63,990 bases of DNA, filler included, from Folioceros fuciformis (GCA_049999805.1; 5 parts of 4 records of this genome joined end to end with filler, not necessarily neighbours in it); one strand, 5' to 3'. Shown: positions 10,210-23,291, counted from the whole stretch's first letter. The notes: generated by a model from the sequence alone, not told the origin. Program-made: numbers and translations.

Positions 10210-10566
10210 CGATCGAGACCCGCTGTCTGAAGATCAGAATCTCCTCCACCAGACTATTTCAGGACGCCAGGAACTCTGTACGAGCACACCATTCCGATGA
10301 GGCCACCCCAGCGGGCTTGAATTGCAAACAAAACACTGGGAGACTTTCGGGTTCACATAGACCAAGTCCACATCAAACTCACGTCTATAACTAAATGCTA
10401 AGGAAACATTGGCATCCATGAGCAACCCCGCATTACCTCACATCTGTTTAACACACCCAAGCACAACTTCAGATCACCCTAACCACAACATAATGAACCA
10501 CAGTAGTTCTAACCATAACCAAAGCCTTCTCAATTGAAGCACATCAGCTTCTATACCCCAGAAGCT

Positions 10567-10929
10567 ATGGGCAGCGAATCCCGAAAAGAAGCTTTTCGGA
10601 AATACTTGGAAGCCAGTGGAGTACTGGATGCTCTGACAAAAGTGTTGGTAAACCTTTACGAGGAGAAAGAAAAGCCGGTTATAGCACTAGACTTCATCTT
10701 GCACAGTCTCGGAGGCTTCTCAAATGCAGAGTACGAGACTTTGAAAAATGAGAAGATTGCATTGCAAGCAAAATTCGAAGACTTGTCAAAACAACACGAG
10801 GAGGCATTAAAAAAGATTGAGGAGCTCACACCTCCACCTCCACCTGAGGGACCATTGGATCCACCTGAAGAGGATGCCGAAAAACCTGAAGAAAAGCCTG
10901 ACAAGAAAGGAAAGAAGAAAGGAAAATGA
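10567..10929 (+). CDS. MYCBP: c-Myc-binding protein (MYCBP/AMY-1, FAP174-like) homolog
   Basis: SRKEAFRKYLEASGVLDALTKVLVNLYEEKEKP..ALDFI...LGG followed by coiled coil; ATG at 10567. Confidence 0.85.
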   Translation: MGSESRKEAFRKYLEASGVLDALTKVLVNLYEEKEKPVIALDFILHSLGGFSNAEYETLKNEKIALQAKFEDLSKQHEEALKKIEELTPPPPPEGPLDPPEEDAEKPEEKPDKKGKKKGK

Positions 10930-11599
10930 AGTCCAAAAACTTCAATTAGCCTCTAAGTGTTTGTGTCTGGAATCATTTGTCCAAGCCTATTTGCAAGTCT
11001 TGAAAATGTTAGGAAAAGCCTCCTACATTGTAAAGATTCTTAGAACATTAAATGCCCATAAATCATCAAATATCTGGTTTTGGATTATGATTAAATGTTG
11101 TTAGGAAGATGAGAGCTTCCCATATAACATTTTTTTATTATCTTACGTCATACTAAAAAGGAGAAGATCAAAGCAACATCAAAATAAATGTCTTTGAACT
11201 CTTACAAATATAGTTCATATGACCCTTTTTTATTTTTATTTTTTAGATTATTTAAAAAAGAGATCAAATCTTGCAATTTCAAAAGACTACTTTCTTCTTG
11301 GCTAGTACTATGTTTGTAGCTAAAGAATGGGTTTCGTTATTATAAAACTATCAATAATAATAGTTATATTAAATAAAAAAATTATTACACTGAGAAAAAA
11401 ATAGGCCAAAAACATCCAAACCTTCTTTTCCAATCAATCATTATTCAATGTTTACTCAAAGAAACTATGTGAAAAACAAGTACAACTAAGTACATTGTGT
11501 GATTAGGGCTTATTACAAATGGGCTTATCAAAGAATTGATGCCATCATACCAGCTATATTGACTCCCTCATATTCATAGTGATAATGCTTCTTAACCCT

Positions 11600-11727
11600 A
11601 AATCTTTAGGGCATAATCTGAACAAAACCTTTAGGGCATAATCTGAACAAAATCTTTAGTGCGTTATCTGAACCAAATCTTTAGGGCAGAATTTGGATCA
11701 AACTTTTAAGATAGAATCTGATCAAAT
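11600..11727. repeat. 25-bp minisatellite, ~5 degenerate copies (AAATCTTTAGGGCATAATCTGAACA)
   Basis: Directly visible tandem units containing TTTAGGG. Confidence 0.75.
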
Positions 11728-13497
11728 AGTGGGTGATTTGTGTGCTTTTGCGATTTGATGATTCCTAATGGGCATTCATACAGAATAACACAGCAATAAA
11801 TTAAGCAACTCACCTACTTTTTGACCTACACTATCACCCAATATTGACCATATTACATTTGTGATAATAAAGGTTTAAGCTTCACAACTTTAGGGCAAAA
11901 TCTTAGCAAAATCTTTAGCACTCCATGTACATTGTTACATGATTCATAGTAAGCTGGAGAGTTTCATATGTCAATGTATCAAACTACATACCTCCCTATT
12001 GGATTTTGAGAAGTTATGCTATTGTAAAATCTTCATCTTTAAGACAAATATATAGTCTTTGATTAATTAATCAAATTATTTTATAATTAGTTAAAATAAT
12101 ATCATTTATGAAATAAAAAGTAATGTAAGCCTAGATCTGGTTATTAAAAAAAAAAAAAAGTTAGCTCAATACCCTAAACAACCCTAAAAAAGTTACCAGA
12201 TGTGATATATGTACATGTAGGTTGGCTGGGTGTGGCAATTAACGCGGGTGTCGTTTTGTGTGATACGGCGATTTTTAAGGGGGGTTTTAGTCCACACACC
12301 AAGGCAGCCCTAATAAAGTAATAGATATGTTGAGCTTGTTGCGAAGTGGAGAGTGCAATATCCGGGCAAGCTTAGTAGCAGGGCCGGGCAATGACGTAAC
12401 GGGCTCTTCTGTGAAGAAGGCGTCCAGGGTCGGAGAGCAGGCACGGCACGGAAAATGCGATGGCAAAAGCCTTGCTTATCTAAAATGCAATTTCGGGGAA
12501 GGTGTGACGTGGAGTCCGACCGGATGGTACCCCTACTTGGTGGTAGTGCAGAGGAGGAGTGTCGGAGATTGTCTTGATGGTGTGTTGGTCTGAGAGCAGA
12601 GCTGAGGAGGGTCTTGCTGTACCCCCCTCCTATCCCTTTCCCTCCCTGAGCATGAGCTGAGGGCAGGGGAAAGTAAAGCAAAGCAAGAGTTGTCGTGTCC
12701 TTGTGACTGCCGTGGCTCGGCTTAGAGAGAAGGAATTTCCAGGGTAAATCTCTGTCGGCAGCCCAGTTTATCTTCCGCGCGTTTGTGTGCACCTCGCGTG
12801 AGCCTGGGTTTGTCGGAGCTGGCCACCTGGTAACGAGCTTGGGGGAAGGAAATTGTATCAGCAATGGGCGCGGAGGTGTGGGAGGAGCGCAGCTGGCGAG
12901 AGGGCGTGGAGTCGAGGGAGGGATAGCTCGGAGGTGGAGGCGGTTCTGTGTGTGTGGTTAAGAGGGAGATGATGGACGGGGTGTTGACTAGATCGGGCCG
13001 GTGCAGGCTGGTGGGAGGGGAAGGGCGGTGTGATGGGTTTGCGAGGAAGGCGATCAAGTATTTATTCTTGGGCTCATGTTTGGTGGATTAGTAGTGGAAG
13101 GGATGGGGAACAGCTCCATGGCGTTGCATGATGTCCGTACAGTAGCTTCCGGCAGCAGGAGCGGTGGGAGTGGGGGTTGGGGTTTTTAGTTCTGACGCGG
13201 GTCGCTTCCGGGTTATGGTTGCCCCAGGGTCTCAATTGGAGCATGAATGTCGTAAAGGTGAGGCTGTGGGTATGGGAAGATGGGTTTGGGTGGGAAGGTG
13301 ATGGGGTTTTGTGGGAGAGGGTTTGTGCACTCGAGTTAGGGCCGCGGGGTGTGGGCCTCGGGTGTTGATGGTGAACGCCATTCCTGACTGGGTGGCTTGT
13401 TTGCGGGTGGGAATGCTAGCGTGATTAGTTGGGGCAGAGCGGGGCGCTGCGGACACCAACTCTGTCTGCATTAGGTAGGAGGAGGTGGTTCGGAAAT

Positions 13498-16400
13498 ATG
13501 GCCAGGCTTGGTGCGGCAGCTGCATTGGATGTGCGTCAGTTGTCAGCAGGAAATCTGGCAGGGCATTCTATGCAGTTTGCTTCTCAAGGAGCAATGGCAA
13601 GTGATACCTTGCCCCTGAGGGCCACGGATCCCAGCCCGTCGGAATCCGTTGACTTGTCCATTCTCAATGCCTCCTTTGCCTCCAACATTACCTCTGATAT
13701 TTCCACTTCCTTTCTTGAGTCAGGGTCGCAGGATACTTTCAGTAATCTGGGTTCAGCTGCACTGATCCCCATTTCGCAGCCACAACCAGGTTCTGCAACT
13801 GGCTCGTTGGCACCTGCTGATGAGTGGTCAGGGACGACAGCGGTATCTTCTACCTCGAATGCCCAGCAGCATCCACAACAAGGTCTCACTGGTTCCATCA
13901 GCAGTCAGGGGCAGAACAACCTGAGTGCCGTATCTTCCGCGGAGAGGAGCTTTCAGTCCATGAAGCAAGACCCCTTTGTCTTTGACAGCCATCCGACCGC
14001 TAGCTCACAAGCCGGCTTGGAGATTCTGCAAGGGAAGCCTGTCATGGATCAGAAAGTGTTGAACTTTCAGACCGGCTTCGATCAGGCTACTCGGCAATCG
14101 GGGACTCAGCAAGTACCCATGCAGAGAACCGTGCCTAACATGCAAGGATTTCAGGGCCGAAAGTTTCAAAGTCAACAGGTTAGCTCAGGGGTCGTAACCT
14201 CTACTACAGGAGAGCCCGGATTTTTGAGTCATCAATCGCTTTCGCAAACAGGTTCTGCAAATAATGGGCAAGACTTCTCTTTTCAAGAATCGAGTTTCCA
14301 AGGAGCTTTCGCGGGAGCAACGTCTCTGGAGTTGGATGGTTGTGACCTTGGTACTGACCAACCTGACTTTGATGTAGGACAGCTAGCCGGTCATCGCCCT
14401 GGACATCAGGGGCACCTGGGGAATGGGCAACTCCAAGGCCTACCTGAAGGAGCGGGTCAGCAGCTTGGGCAGCAACTGGAACAGCATCTTGCACAGCAGC
14501 TCGGGCAGCATGGAGAGCCATTGCACGTGTCAAGAGCTCAATTGACGAATCAACCTTTGAGTTATTCCAGGCCCCATGGAGCTCCAGGAATGAATTATCA
14601 TAATCAACAATCAAATCTGCAGTCCCCTCGAATTTTAGGAATGATCCAAGGTGCTAGTCAGCCAGTAATTCAGCAACCAGGTCTTAGCAGTCCATCCCAA
14701 TATTTCTCCTCCCCGCACTCCTCCTTGCAGCCAAATACGGCTGCAAACTCTCTGTCGTACCAGGTAATGTCCTGTTTATGTTTGTTCATTCCTAGAATGG
14801 GATTGCAGACCATGTTCAGAGATGTTGACACGACTCTTTCTTGCAGCACGCAGCAGTGAAGCGACAGCCAAGTCTTTCTCATATGCAAGCTCATCAGGCA
14901 CTGTCACAGGCTCATGCACGTGCGCAGGCAGCAAACCAGCAAGCTGCTGCTAACCATCAAGCCATCTATCAAATGGGTGGTCAGCAGGCCATGTATTCGA
15001 CGAGTCAGCATCCCCATTACCATGGTCATCAAGCTGGCACTGGTCTGAAGCTCCCTGGTGGAGTTCAACAAATGATTGCCAACATGCAGCCAACGTTGCA
15101 AAGTCAACTGCTGCAGGGTCTGAAAGCTCGCCAGTGTTTACACAATTCAGCAAGTGGTCTTCCTGGATTTCGTGGAGCTGCTGCTGAAGGAATTTCTCAA
15201 AGTCCAATGCCTGTTTCAATTTCCTCTCAATGTCTTCAAGTGTTAAGGCTTTACATCCAGGAACAAAGGAAACGTCCTCAGGTGACATTTCTCTGGCTTG
15301 CTGTGCCACAGAAACCTGGTGTCTAAGAGTTATGTCTCATTTCGGGCTTTCTCGCCTGTTATGACGGGTAGTGTCTCCTTTCAGGACAATAACATCGGCT
15401 TTTGGAGAAATCTTGTTCGGGAGTTCTTTGCTCCAGGTGGAAGGAAGCGGTGGTGTTTGACTAGCTATAACAACTCCTCACCTGTTGGAAAGCATGCTCA
15501 AGGCCTTTTTCCAATGGTACGTTGATGGGTTTAGCTATGTACTCTGAAATGTTCTTTGGGTTCGTGATTCTGCTGTGTTTCCTAAGTTCTGATTGTGACA
15601 CTGGCATTCAGGAATACTGGTTTTGTAATATCTGTGGTGTCCAACCAGGCCGGGGTTTTGGTGAGTTTCTCTGTCCATGTGCGCATGATGATTAGCTTGT
15701 TGAGCATACTAAGTTTGGACAGCTACGAGCAAAAGTCTTTTGACTGCTGTGTTGATTCTCTGAACCCTTGCTCCTGTAGCCTTTTCCTGGTGAGGCAGAG
15801 ATTAGTTAATTCCTGTCAGGCGTTTTGTCTGTGTCTGTGTGCCTTTCTTTGTGGCGAATTGTTCTGGACATGAAGCGTGCGTTTCTTGTTTTGTAGTCTA
15901 ACAAGGTCAAGAGCCCATTGCTTTTCCCGGCCATGGAGTCAGCATTGGATTGGAGGAAGTCTTGTACAGTTGACGTCTCTAATTATTGAGGGCCACGTCC
16001 CAAAGTCTTAGTAACTGATCTAGTACCATGTCCCTAGCGAGCTTTTTTTGTAATCCTGAAGCTATGTAGCATTTGTGTCCTCTGGTTGATCAGAGTCTTG
16101 CACGGACGTATTACCTCGGCTGTTCAAAATCAAATTCGACAGTGGGCTCGTTGATGAGCTATTGTTTCTGGATGCTGCTGAGGAGTGAGTGCTCTCACCT
16201 GAGGAATTTTCTGCTTGCATGGGTCTTTCTGCTTAACTCTATTGTATGATGGGCTTTAACCTGATGTGCACAGGTACGTTCTATCTTCTGGAAAATTTGT
16301 TTTAGAGTATCCCAATGCTGTACACGAATCAATCTTTCAAGAGCTTCGGGTATTGTTTTCATGCTCTTTATGTGAATGAATTCCTCCCAACTGGTTTGAT

Positions 16401-18037
16401 GTATTTGCATGCTCATGAAACCAGTTCTGGATCTATTTTCTTGTAGGTTGTGAGATATGGAAGGCTTCGAGTGACTTTTAGTCCGGCATTGAAGGTATTG
16501 CCTCCTCCTACTCGAGTGTCATGGAGCACTCTCGGGCAGATCTCGGTGTCTTATAAGTTGTTTGCTCTTGCTCATCCACATAGTTAACATTTAAGGTCTT
16601 CTCCAGATACACTCATGGGAGTTTTGTACAACTGCCCATGAGGAGGTTGTTCCTCGGAAGAATTTGCTGCAGCAGGTCTGTGCCTGGTCGTTTTTTTACT
16701 GTTTTGGTACACTGGTTTTCAACTTGCCCATGCATCTGACATGTCTGTCCAGGCACACCAACTGGCTAGCTTAGTAATTGAGGCCGATCAGGAGGGGTTT
16801 GACGCAAGTGTTGAAAATCTGAAGTCCCATTGCAATTCGTAAGCCATAAAAAATCTGTCACAGAGTGATGCTGTTTCTCGAAGGGCTGGGCCTTAGATTG
16901 AGATGTCATTCGATTGTCTTCTCTTCTGTGAGTACAGATTTGCGCAGACAGCAAGACAGCTCGCCATGAAGTTGGATGCCCCTGGTGTCAACGATCTTGG
17001 ATTCTCAAAACGTTATGTTAGATGTTTGCAGGTATGAGAAGCGGATTCCTGTCTTTTTGCCAGCGTGGACTGTATTGTTAATTAATACCTTTGTCTTGGT
17101 CTGAAATTTGTTTCTTCAGATATCAGAGGTTGTGAATAGCATGAAAGACCTGATATCCTTTGATAACAAGACAAAGTTAGGTCCCATTGGTAAGTCCTAC
17201 GTTGTACTTTCGTGGAAGTGTTGAGTTTGTCTTGCTTCTGTGCTCATCTCAATCGTTTTGTTCCTTACAGAGGCACTTGCGCAATTCCCGAATGCAAGGA
17301 AACTGCAGATGAATGGACTACTGTCAGGTGCATCAGGGTCATTGACTCAGATCATCAACCATCTCACACAGGGGCCTGCATCCAGTACTCCAGCAACACA
17401 TACTTCAGGACTGGTCCGAGTTCCTTCGCAGTCCCTTCAACAACAACTGCAAGGGCAGCTGTTGAACCAACTGCAGGGGTCCTCTATTCCACAACTGCGG
17501 GATTTTTCGAATATGAAGCTTCCTCAGCAGTTCGCCAATTTACAGCCGCAGATCCGCAGCCAGATGGAAGCTCGAAGTCTGAACTTGTCACATTCCCAAG
17601 GTAGTATGCATCAGATGCAGCCGCCTGCTGCCCCCCACCTACAGCCCCTTGGTCAAGGTCAGACACTGTCGGGAAACCAGGCACCGTCTCAGTTCTCCGC
17701 CCAGGCCATTAGTCATCAGTCTAGTCTCAGCCAGCTCCAGTCTCCAGGATTGAGTCAAGCTCAGTCCCAGGCCTTCTCCCAAGCTCAAGCACTGAGTCAG
17801 GTACAGTCCCAGTCTCAAGGTCTGAGTCAACTTTCTTCCCAGGCCCTTAACCAGTCCGTCAATTATAGCCAATTAGGTCCTCAGATGTACCAGCAAGTCT
17901 TCGCGAAGCAAATGGGTCCTCAATCCTCTGGCCAAGCGATTTCTCAGTCTGCCCAGTCTCTTAACCAGAATGCTGGTCAGCAAAGTCTGCCGGGAACCCC
18001 TCAGAGTGAAATGAGTGATATGAGGACTACTGCTTAG
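13498..18037 (+). CDS. SEUSS/SLK-like LIM-domain-binding transcriptional co-regulator, multi-exon
   Basis: Q-rich N- and C-termini. Spliced core QRKRPQ|DNNIGFWRNLVREFFAPGGRKRWC...|EYWFCNICGVQPGRGF|..VLPRLFKIKFDSG..ELLFLD..|VVRYGRLRVTFS..LK|IHSWEFC...NDLGFSKRYVRCLQ|ISEVVNSMKDL; GT..AG introns, e.g. 14764-14846 and 15282-15384. Confidence 0.9.
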
Positions 18038-18717
18038 TCTGCAACCAGTTGCTAGGTCGTGTATATTATTGGAAGTTAGAAATCTGTCTGAGCTCTTACA
18101 TTGACCATTAGGCGGTGACAGCAGGTGTATTCATGGCCCGCCTACCGGGTGCTTCGTTTAGCCTCAGGTAATGCTCCATTTACTCGTAGTCCTAGCAGAT
18201 GTCCGCCACGCTTGCTTACCTGGGCTATATTTTGACACCTGCACCCAGGTTCCATTTTCCCTAAGCTTCCGATGTAAATTTATTGCCCATGACATGGGTA
18301 TGGATCAAATTAGTGAGAGTTACCTGTCTTCCCGCATGCAGGAGCTGGTCTATTTTTCGAGGGTATTTTTGTGTTATCTATTTTGTATTGCTTTGTGATA
18401 ATCCCCTCACAAGGGGAGAGGCCTGGTGGCGTGTTACACTGCAGTTGTAGCATGTGCATTGCAGTCCCCAGTGCGAGACAAAAAAAAAAAAAAAAGGTGT
18501 TTGACATTGTATACTGCAGCCCACGGAAACGATCAACACATTCAATGGGTGAAGAAACTGTTCTTGCAAATCAATAGTTCTTGCAGATGGCCAAACCTGC
18601 GCAAGTTAGGCCACGAATGTCGAAAGGGAAAACAATTGCCGGTGAGCACCACTACTTGTGCCACGCTCACAAAACACTTCAGGACCAATACTCTAAACAA
18701 AGCAAAACTCAAGGTCA

Positions 18718-20298
18718 TTAGCCTTGGTTGCCTTGCCTGTGCGGAACAGCGTAGGCAATTTTTATCGGTCTTCCGTGGACCACCTGCTGATCCAAAGCAA
18801 TGGCGGTCTCCAAAGACCTATCATCCGCAAAATCCAAATGACCGAATCCTCTAAACTCTCCAGTAGCCTTATCGTGAGCAAATCGCATCCCTGTAATCTT
18901 GCACGTCCTAAAAAAATCCCTTATCTCCTCTTCGGTCACGTCCCAGGCCAGGTTTCCGATGTACGCCGAAGTGCAGCCGTCATGTTTCTGCGGAGGCTGT
19001 TCATGTCGAGGCTTTTCTGCCTTAACCTCCTTCACCTTGGAGCGCTGGATCTTAAGGTACCGTCCCCCCATATCAGCTCCATCCAGCTCTAGAGCCGCCC
19101 TCGCCCCAGCCTCCGTCTCAAACGTGATGAAAGCTAGCCCTCGAAACTTCCCAGTATCCGGAAACAGGACGCAATCTAGCTCCTCAACGTTACCACATGG
19201 GGCGAAGTAGTCCACAATGTCATCCTCGCTCACAGAGTATGGTATCCCTCCCACCAGGATTTTCCTTTTCTCGTATATTGCCTCCACGTCCTCCCCGCAG
19301 GATCCCTCCACCGCCTGCCCCTGCCCCTCATCATCAACATGCTCCAACTTCTTCTCACCCCATCTGTTCACTCCACTCTTTTGTTTCTTTTTCTCGTTCG
19401 ATTTCTCCTTCTTTGTCCTCTCCTCATCCTTAACCTTGCCATTCCCTGCAGCATGATCATCTGTCCGTCCCTCTACTACACCGCTTCCTCCTGCGGGCCT
19501 GCACTCCTCCAAGCTCTTCCTATTAGCCCTCTTCTCCTTCTTCTTCAATCTCCTCATCTCTAACTCATCTCCATCTGCTTCCCCTGCACCGCCATCCGCA
19601 GGCTTGCCCTCCTCCAAGCTCTTCCTGTCAGCCCTCTTCTCCTCTTTCTTTAACCTCCTCGTCTCTAACTTATCTCCTCCTACTTCCCCTACACCGCCAT
19701 CCGCAGGCTTGCCCTCCTCCAAGCTCTGCCTATTAGCCCTCTTCTCCTTTTTCTTCAACCTCCTCGTCTCTAGGTCATCTCCTTCTACTTCCCCTACACC
19801 ACCATCCGCAGGCTTACCCTCCTCCGAGCTCCTCCTACTAGCCCTCTTCTCCTTTTTCCTCAGTCTCCTCGCCTCTACGGCGTCTCCTTCTGCCTCTTCC
19901 ACACCGCCGTCTGCAGGCTTGCCATCCTGCAAGCTTCTTTTACTAGGCATTTTCTTCTTTTTCTTCAATCTCGTCGCCTCTGGGTCATCTTCTTCAGCAT
20001 CTCCTACATTGCCATTCGCAGGCTTGGCCTCCTCCCATTTCCTGCTGTTACCTCTCTTCCCCTCCTCCCTCGATATCGCTGCCTCGAGGTCACCTGCGTT
20101 TGCCGTTTCCACCTTATCCGTTCCGTTCTCCTGTCTCCCTCCGTTCTCGTCTTTCTTCTTCTTCTCTCTCCCTTTCCCCTCAAATTCGGACAACGCCTCG
20201 GCTGGAACCGTCTTCCCTTGGCTAGCGAGCAATTTGCTCTCCACTCTCGGCATGGCCTGCGCCTGCTTCTGCTCTCGCCGCTTCCCCCGGGAAGTCAT
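18718..20298 (-). CDS. two-RRM RNA-binding protein, PHIP1/nucleolin-like, with charged N-terminal repeats
   Basis: RRM1 KILVGGIPY...FRGLAFITF; RRM2 AYIGNLAWD...FRGFGHLDF...LDQQVVHGRPIKIAYA. Confidence 0.8.
   Translation of the reverse strand: MTSRGKRREQKQAQAMPRVESKLLASQGKTVPAEALSEFEGKGREKKKKDENGGRQENGTDKVETANAGDLEAAISREEGKRGNSRKWEEAKPANGNVGDAEEDDPEATRLKKKKKMPSKRSLQDGKPADGGVEEAEGDAVEARRLRKKEKRASRRSSEEGKPADGGVGEVEGDDLETRRLKKKEKRANRQSLEEGKPADGGVGEVGGDKLETRRLKKEEKRADRKSLEEGKPADGGAGEADGDELEMRRLKKKEKRANRKSLEECRPAGGSGVVEGRTDDHAAGNGKVKDEERTKKEKSNEKKKQKSGVNRWGEKKLEHVDDEGQGQAVEGSCGEDVEAIYEKRKILVGGIPYSVSEDDIVDYFAPCGNVEELDCVLFPDTGKFRGLAFITFETEAGARAALELDGADMGGRYLKIQRSKVKEVKAEKPRHEQPPQKHDGCTSAYIGNLAWDVTEEEIRDFFRTCKITGMRFAHDKATGEFRGFGHLDFADDRSLETAIALDQQVVHGRPIKIAYAVPHRQGNQG
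19490..20045 (-). repeat. coding tandem repeat, 105-nt / 35-aa unit, ~5-6 copies
   Basis: EEGKPADGGVGEVEGDDLETRRLKKKEKRANRQSL; unit anchors at 19589, 19694, 19799, 19904. Confidence 0.85.
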
Positions 20299-20793
20299 CC
20301 TGGCTATCGCCAGGGTTTAAGCTAGTTCCTAGAGATTGGAAGTTTATATCCCGCGGTTTACCAACGAATCCTTTTAGACTAGGTACAAATTTGTGGGAAG
20401 TTTTGGGAAAGCTCCCAAATTTTGTGAATTACTCACACTCTGTCGGCGTCTAAAAATGATGAGACGCCGTCTGTTTTCCGCGCACCGGAGCCTGTTCCAC
20501 AGACATGAGCAGAAAGCGGGGGAAAGGTTCGCTTGCCCGCTGTTTGAAGCAGAGTGCGTGGAGCCGGACTGGCCTGGTCTGGCATGTGCTCTGGGTGGGT
20601 TAAGGCGCGAGTGGTTGGATCCGGCAGCAAGTAGGGTTTGTGCACGGACATTCGGGCTCTGGGATTCTCGGTGGCGGGGCAGTGCGGACTTCTGATGAGA
20701 CGATGATGAAGGATGTTAGATTCTGGTTGGGTTGGTTTCAATTTAGGAAATCCGCGGCAAGAGGCAGAGGAGTGTGGTGGGGAGGGGTCCCCG

Positions 20794-20893
20794 NNNNNNN
20801 NNNNNNNNNNNNNNNNNNNNNNNNNNNNNNNNNNNNNTTAATTAATTAANNNNNNNNNNNNNNNNNNNNNNNNNNNNNNNNNNNNNNNNNNNN
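20794..20893. other. artificial contig-joining linker (N44-TTAATTAATTAA-N44)
   Basis: Six-frame-stop palindrome flanked by Ns; identical at four places. Confidence 0.97.
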
Positions 20894-22300
20894 TGGCAAA
20901 AGTACCTTACAGAGAAGCAGTAGGTAGTCTCTTGTACTTGGCTGGTTGGACTCGTCTGGACATCTCACAGGCTGTAGGTGTAGTGTCTCGTTTCCTCTCC
21001 AACCCAGGTTAGAAGCACAGGACAGCTGTCAAAAGAATCCTACGTTATTTGAAAGGTACACCGGATTTTTCTATGAAATATACAGCTGCTGGAAGCGGAA
21101 TACTTACTTCTTATGCAGATGCAGACTGGGCTGGCGATGTGGATTCAAGGAAATTCATTGCTGCATATTGTCTGCTGTTATGTGGATCTGCCGTTAGTTG
21201 GCAGTCTAAGAAACTTACAACAATGAGCCTTTCATCAACTAAAGTGGAATACAGAGCCCTATCACATGCAGCACGTGAGATCATATGGGTCTGTCAATTC
21301 CTGGAGGGCATTCACTGGAAGCAACCGGCAGCCACAATATTAGCATGTGACAATCAATCCGCTATTGCTCTCACAGCTAATCCTATTCTTCATGCTCGAT
21401 CGAAACACATTGAGATACAGTTCCATTTTATTCGTCAAGTGGTTGAAACAGGCATGGTCCAACTTCAATATGTGCACACAACAGAGAATGTTGCTAACCT
21501 GTTAACTAAGGGCCTTCCTAATGCAACACATGCACAACATCGCACCACATTGGGCTTAACGGGAACAACAACTTATCTTGAAAACAAGCAACATGCCACA
21601 GCGACAGTAGCCTAAGATTCTGATGCAGCATTTTGGCTTCCGCAGAGAACACATCCCTTGTGTGTTACGCACAGCTCAGTCACTGGAGCCAATCCTGCAT
21701 CACCTACACACACATGAATGAGTCCTGGATGAAGCATCAAGGTAAACGAATCAAGACTCATGAACCTCTTAGTTTTATTGCCATACCAATGCTGCAGGCA
21801 TGAGTTACTATGATGGGAAGAGGCACGCGCCTATTTTAGCTTTTATCAGCCCAGCTTGCAGCGGATCTTCACACATGGTTGATGCTCGGGTACTGCTCTA
21901 CCTCTCAATCACCTTGCGGTGAGCATGGGACATAGGAGAGCGGTTAGCCAGCATGCACAAGCCATAGCAAGGGGGCGCGAATTCGGAGTGCGTTCGCGTC
22001 ACCAAAACTAGCTGTGTGGAGACCAGAATTTGCGCTTCGCCTCAAGTTTTCGCTGATGTGATTAGATTGGCATTAGGCCTGAGGGGGCGTGTAGGATTGG
22101 CAATTACCTATTCAGACACTAAGCCAATAACGGTTCGTATTTAAGTTAGGTTAAAATGGTTACAACTAGCTCTCTGTTTTAAGCTTTTTTAAAACCTCAA
22201 TGTAATAATCACTTATGCCAACGCCTTAGCTTCTTCATGCTCTTGATCATGGTGCTGCCCACGGTGATTCTGGTCACGCGATAACTACGTTACGTTTGAA
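20894..22300 (+). mobile_element. Ty1/Copia 3' fragment: RT end and RNase H, PPT, start of 3' LTR
   Basis: YADADWAGD, SWQSKK, CDNQSAI, HARSKHIEIQFHFIR; purine tract GAGGGGGCG then TGTAGG at 22090. LTR end uncertain. Confidence 0.8.
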
Positions 22301-22760
22301 CAACGATCTGCTGTCTGCCGTCATTGCCCTGAAGGGATCGCGAGGTGACAGCTGCCATGGCGGGTCACACTCGAACTTTGGTCAATACCAGTTGCACTCT
22401 TGGGAAATTGAGCACAGGACGCACCGTCTACTTCATTTCTTCCATGGTACGAACGTGACGTTGGTGGCGCTTGGGACGCGATTTCAGAAGTTCCACTACC
22501 CATCCCCTTCTTCTCTTTTGTGGGCGAGTAAATCTCGTGGAATTCCTTCAAAAAGCTGCCCTTCCGTTTAAGCTACGTATACGCTTGTGGTTCTTCACGG
22601 ACTCGCGTTCCTGAGGTTGATATTGTGAGGGACACGTTCTTGAGGTCGATATTGTGAGGGGCTGCCGCTGAATGTGTCATGTGTCAAATTCAGCCTTCAC
22701 ACTTGCAAACCGTGTAGTTCATTGAGGACCTTCGGCCTGATGACTGTACTGAATGTTATA

Positions 22761-22951
22761 AGTAGTTTATTATAACATATCAGACTTAGTTAGAAGTAGT
22801 TTATTATAACATATAAGACTTAGTTAGAAGTAGTTTATTATAACATATNNNNNNNNNNTATTATAACATATAAGACTTAGTTAGAAGTAGTTTATTATAA
22901 CATATCAGACTTAGTTAGAAGTAGTTTATTATAACATATCAGACTTAGTTA
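22761..22951. repeat. 34-bp tandem repeat (AGTAGTTTATTATAACATATCAGACTTAGTTAGA), at least 5 copies, interrupted by an N gap
   Basis: Directly visible. Confidence 0.9.
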
Positions 22952-23291
22952 ATGAAGAGTGCTCTAAACTAATCTATATAAAAGTGCCCTAGAAATGAGT
23001 TTTCTAAATAAGGACTAAGAAGCATCTTCTAGATAAAGACAAAGGAACATCTTCTTGAAGGGGCAAGTCAAAGTCAAGCCCACAAGGAAGGGGCAAGTCA
23101 AGGACCAATAGCATGGAAGGCCTAGGAGCTTATGAAGGCTTAGCTTACCCAAGGTAGTGCATACTTGTGTGTCATCTTGATCTACAAGTGTGTCTAGCAC
23201 ATTTATGTCCTATATTGTATGGGAACATTGTATGACCTCTTTGTAAAGGCATAGATCCTTGGTTTCCTAATATTCTCAACTCACAATCAAA

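Noticed and set aside
12310-13430. ORFs upstream of SEUSS-like
   Set aside because: No homology recognised; more likely promoter, 5' leader or intron sequence.
20838-20849. Recurrent palindrome TTAATTAATTAA and ORFs ending ...XXXLIN
   Set aside because: Artificial six-frame-stop spacer between contigs; adjacency across these points has no biological meaning.
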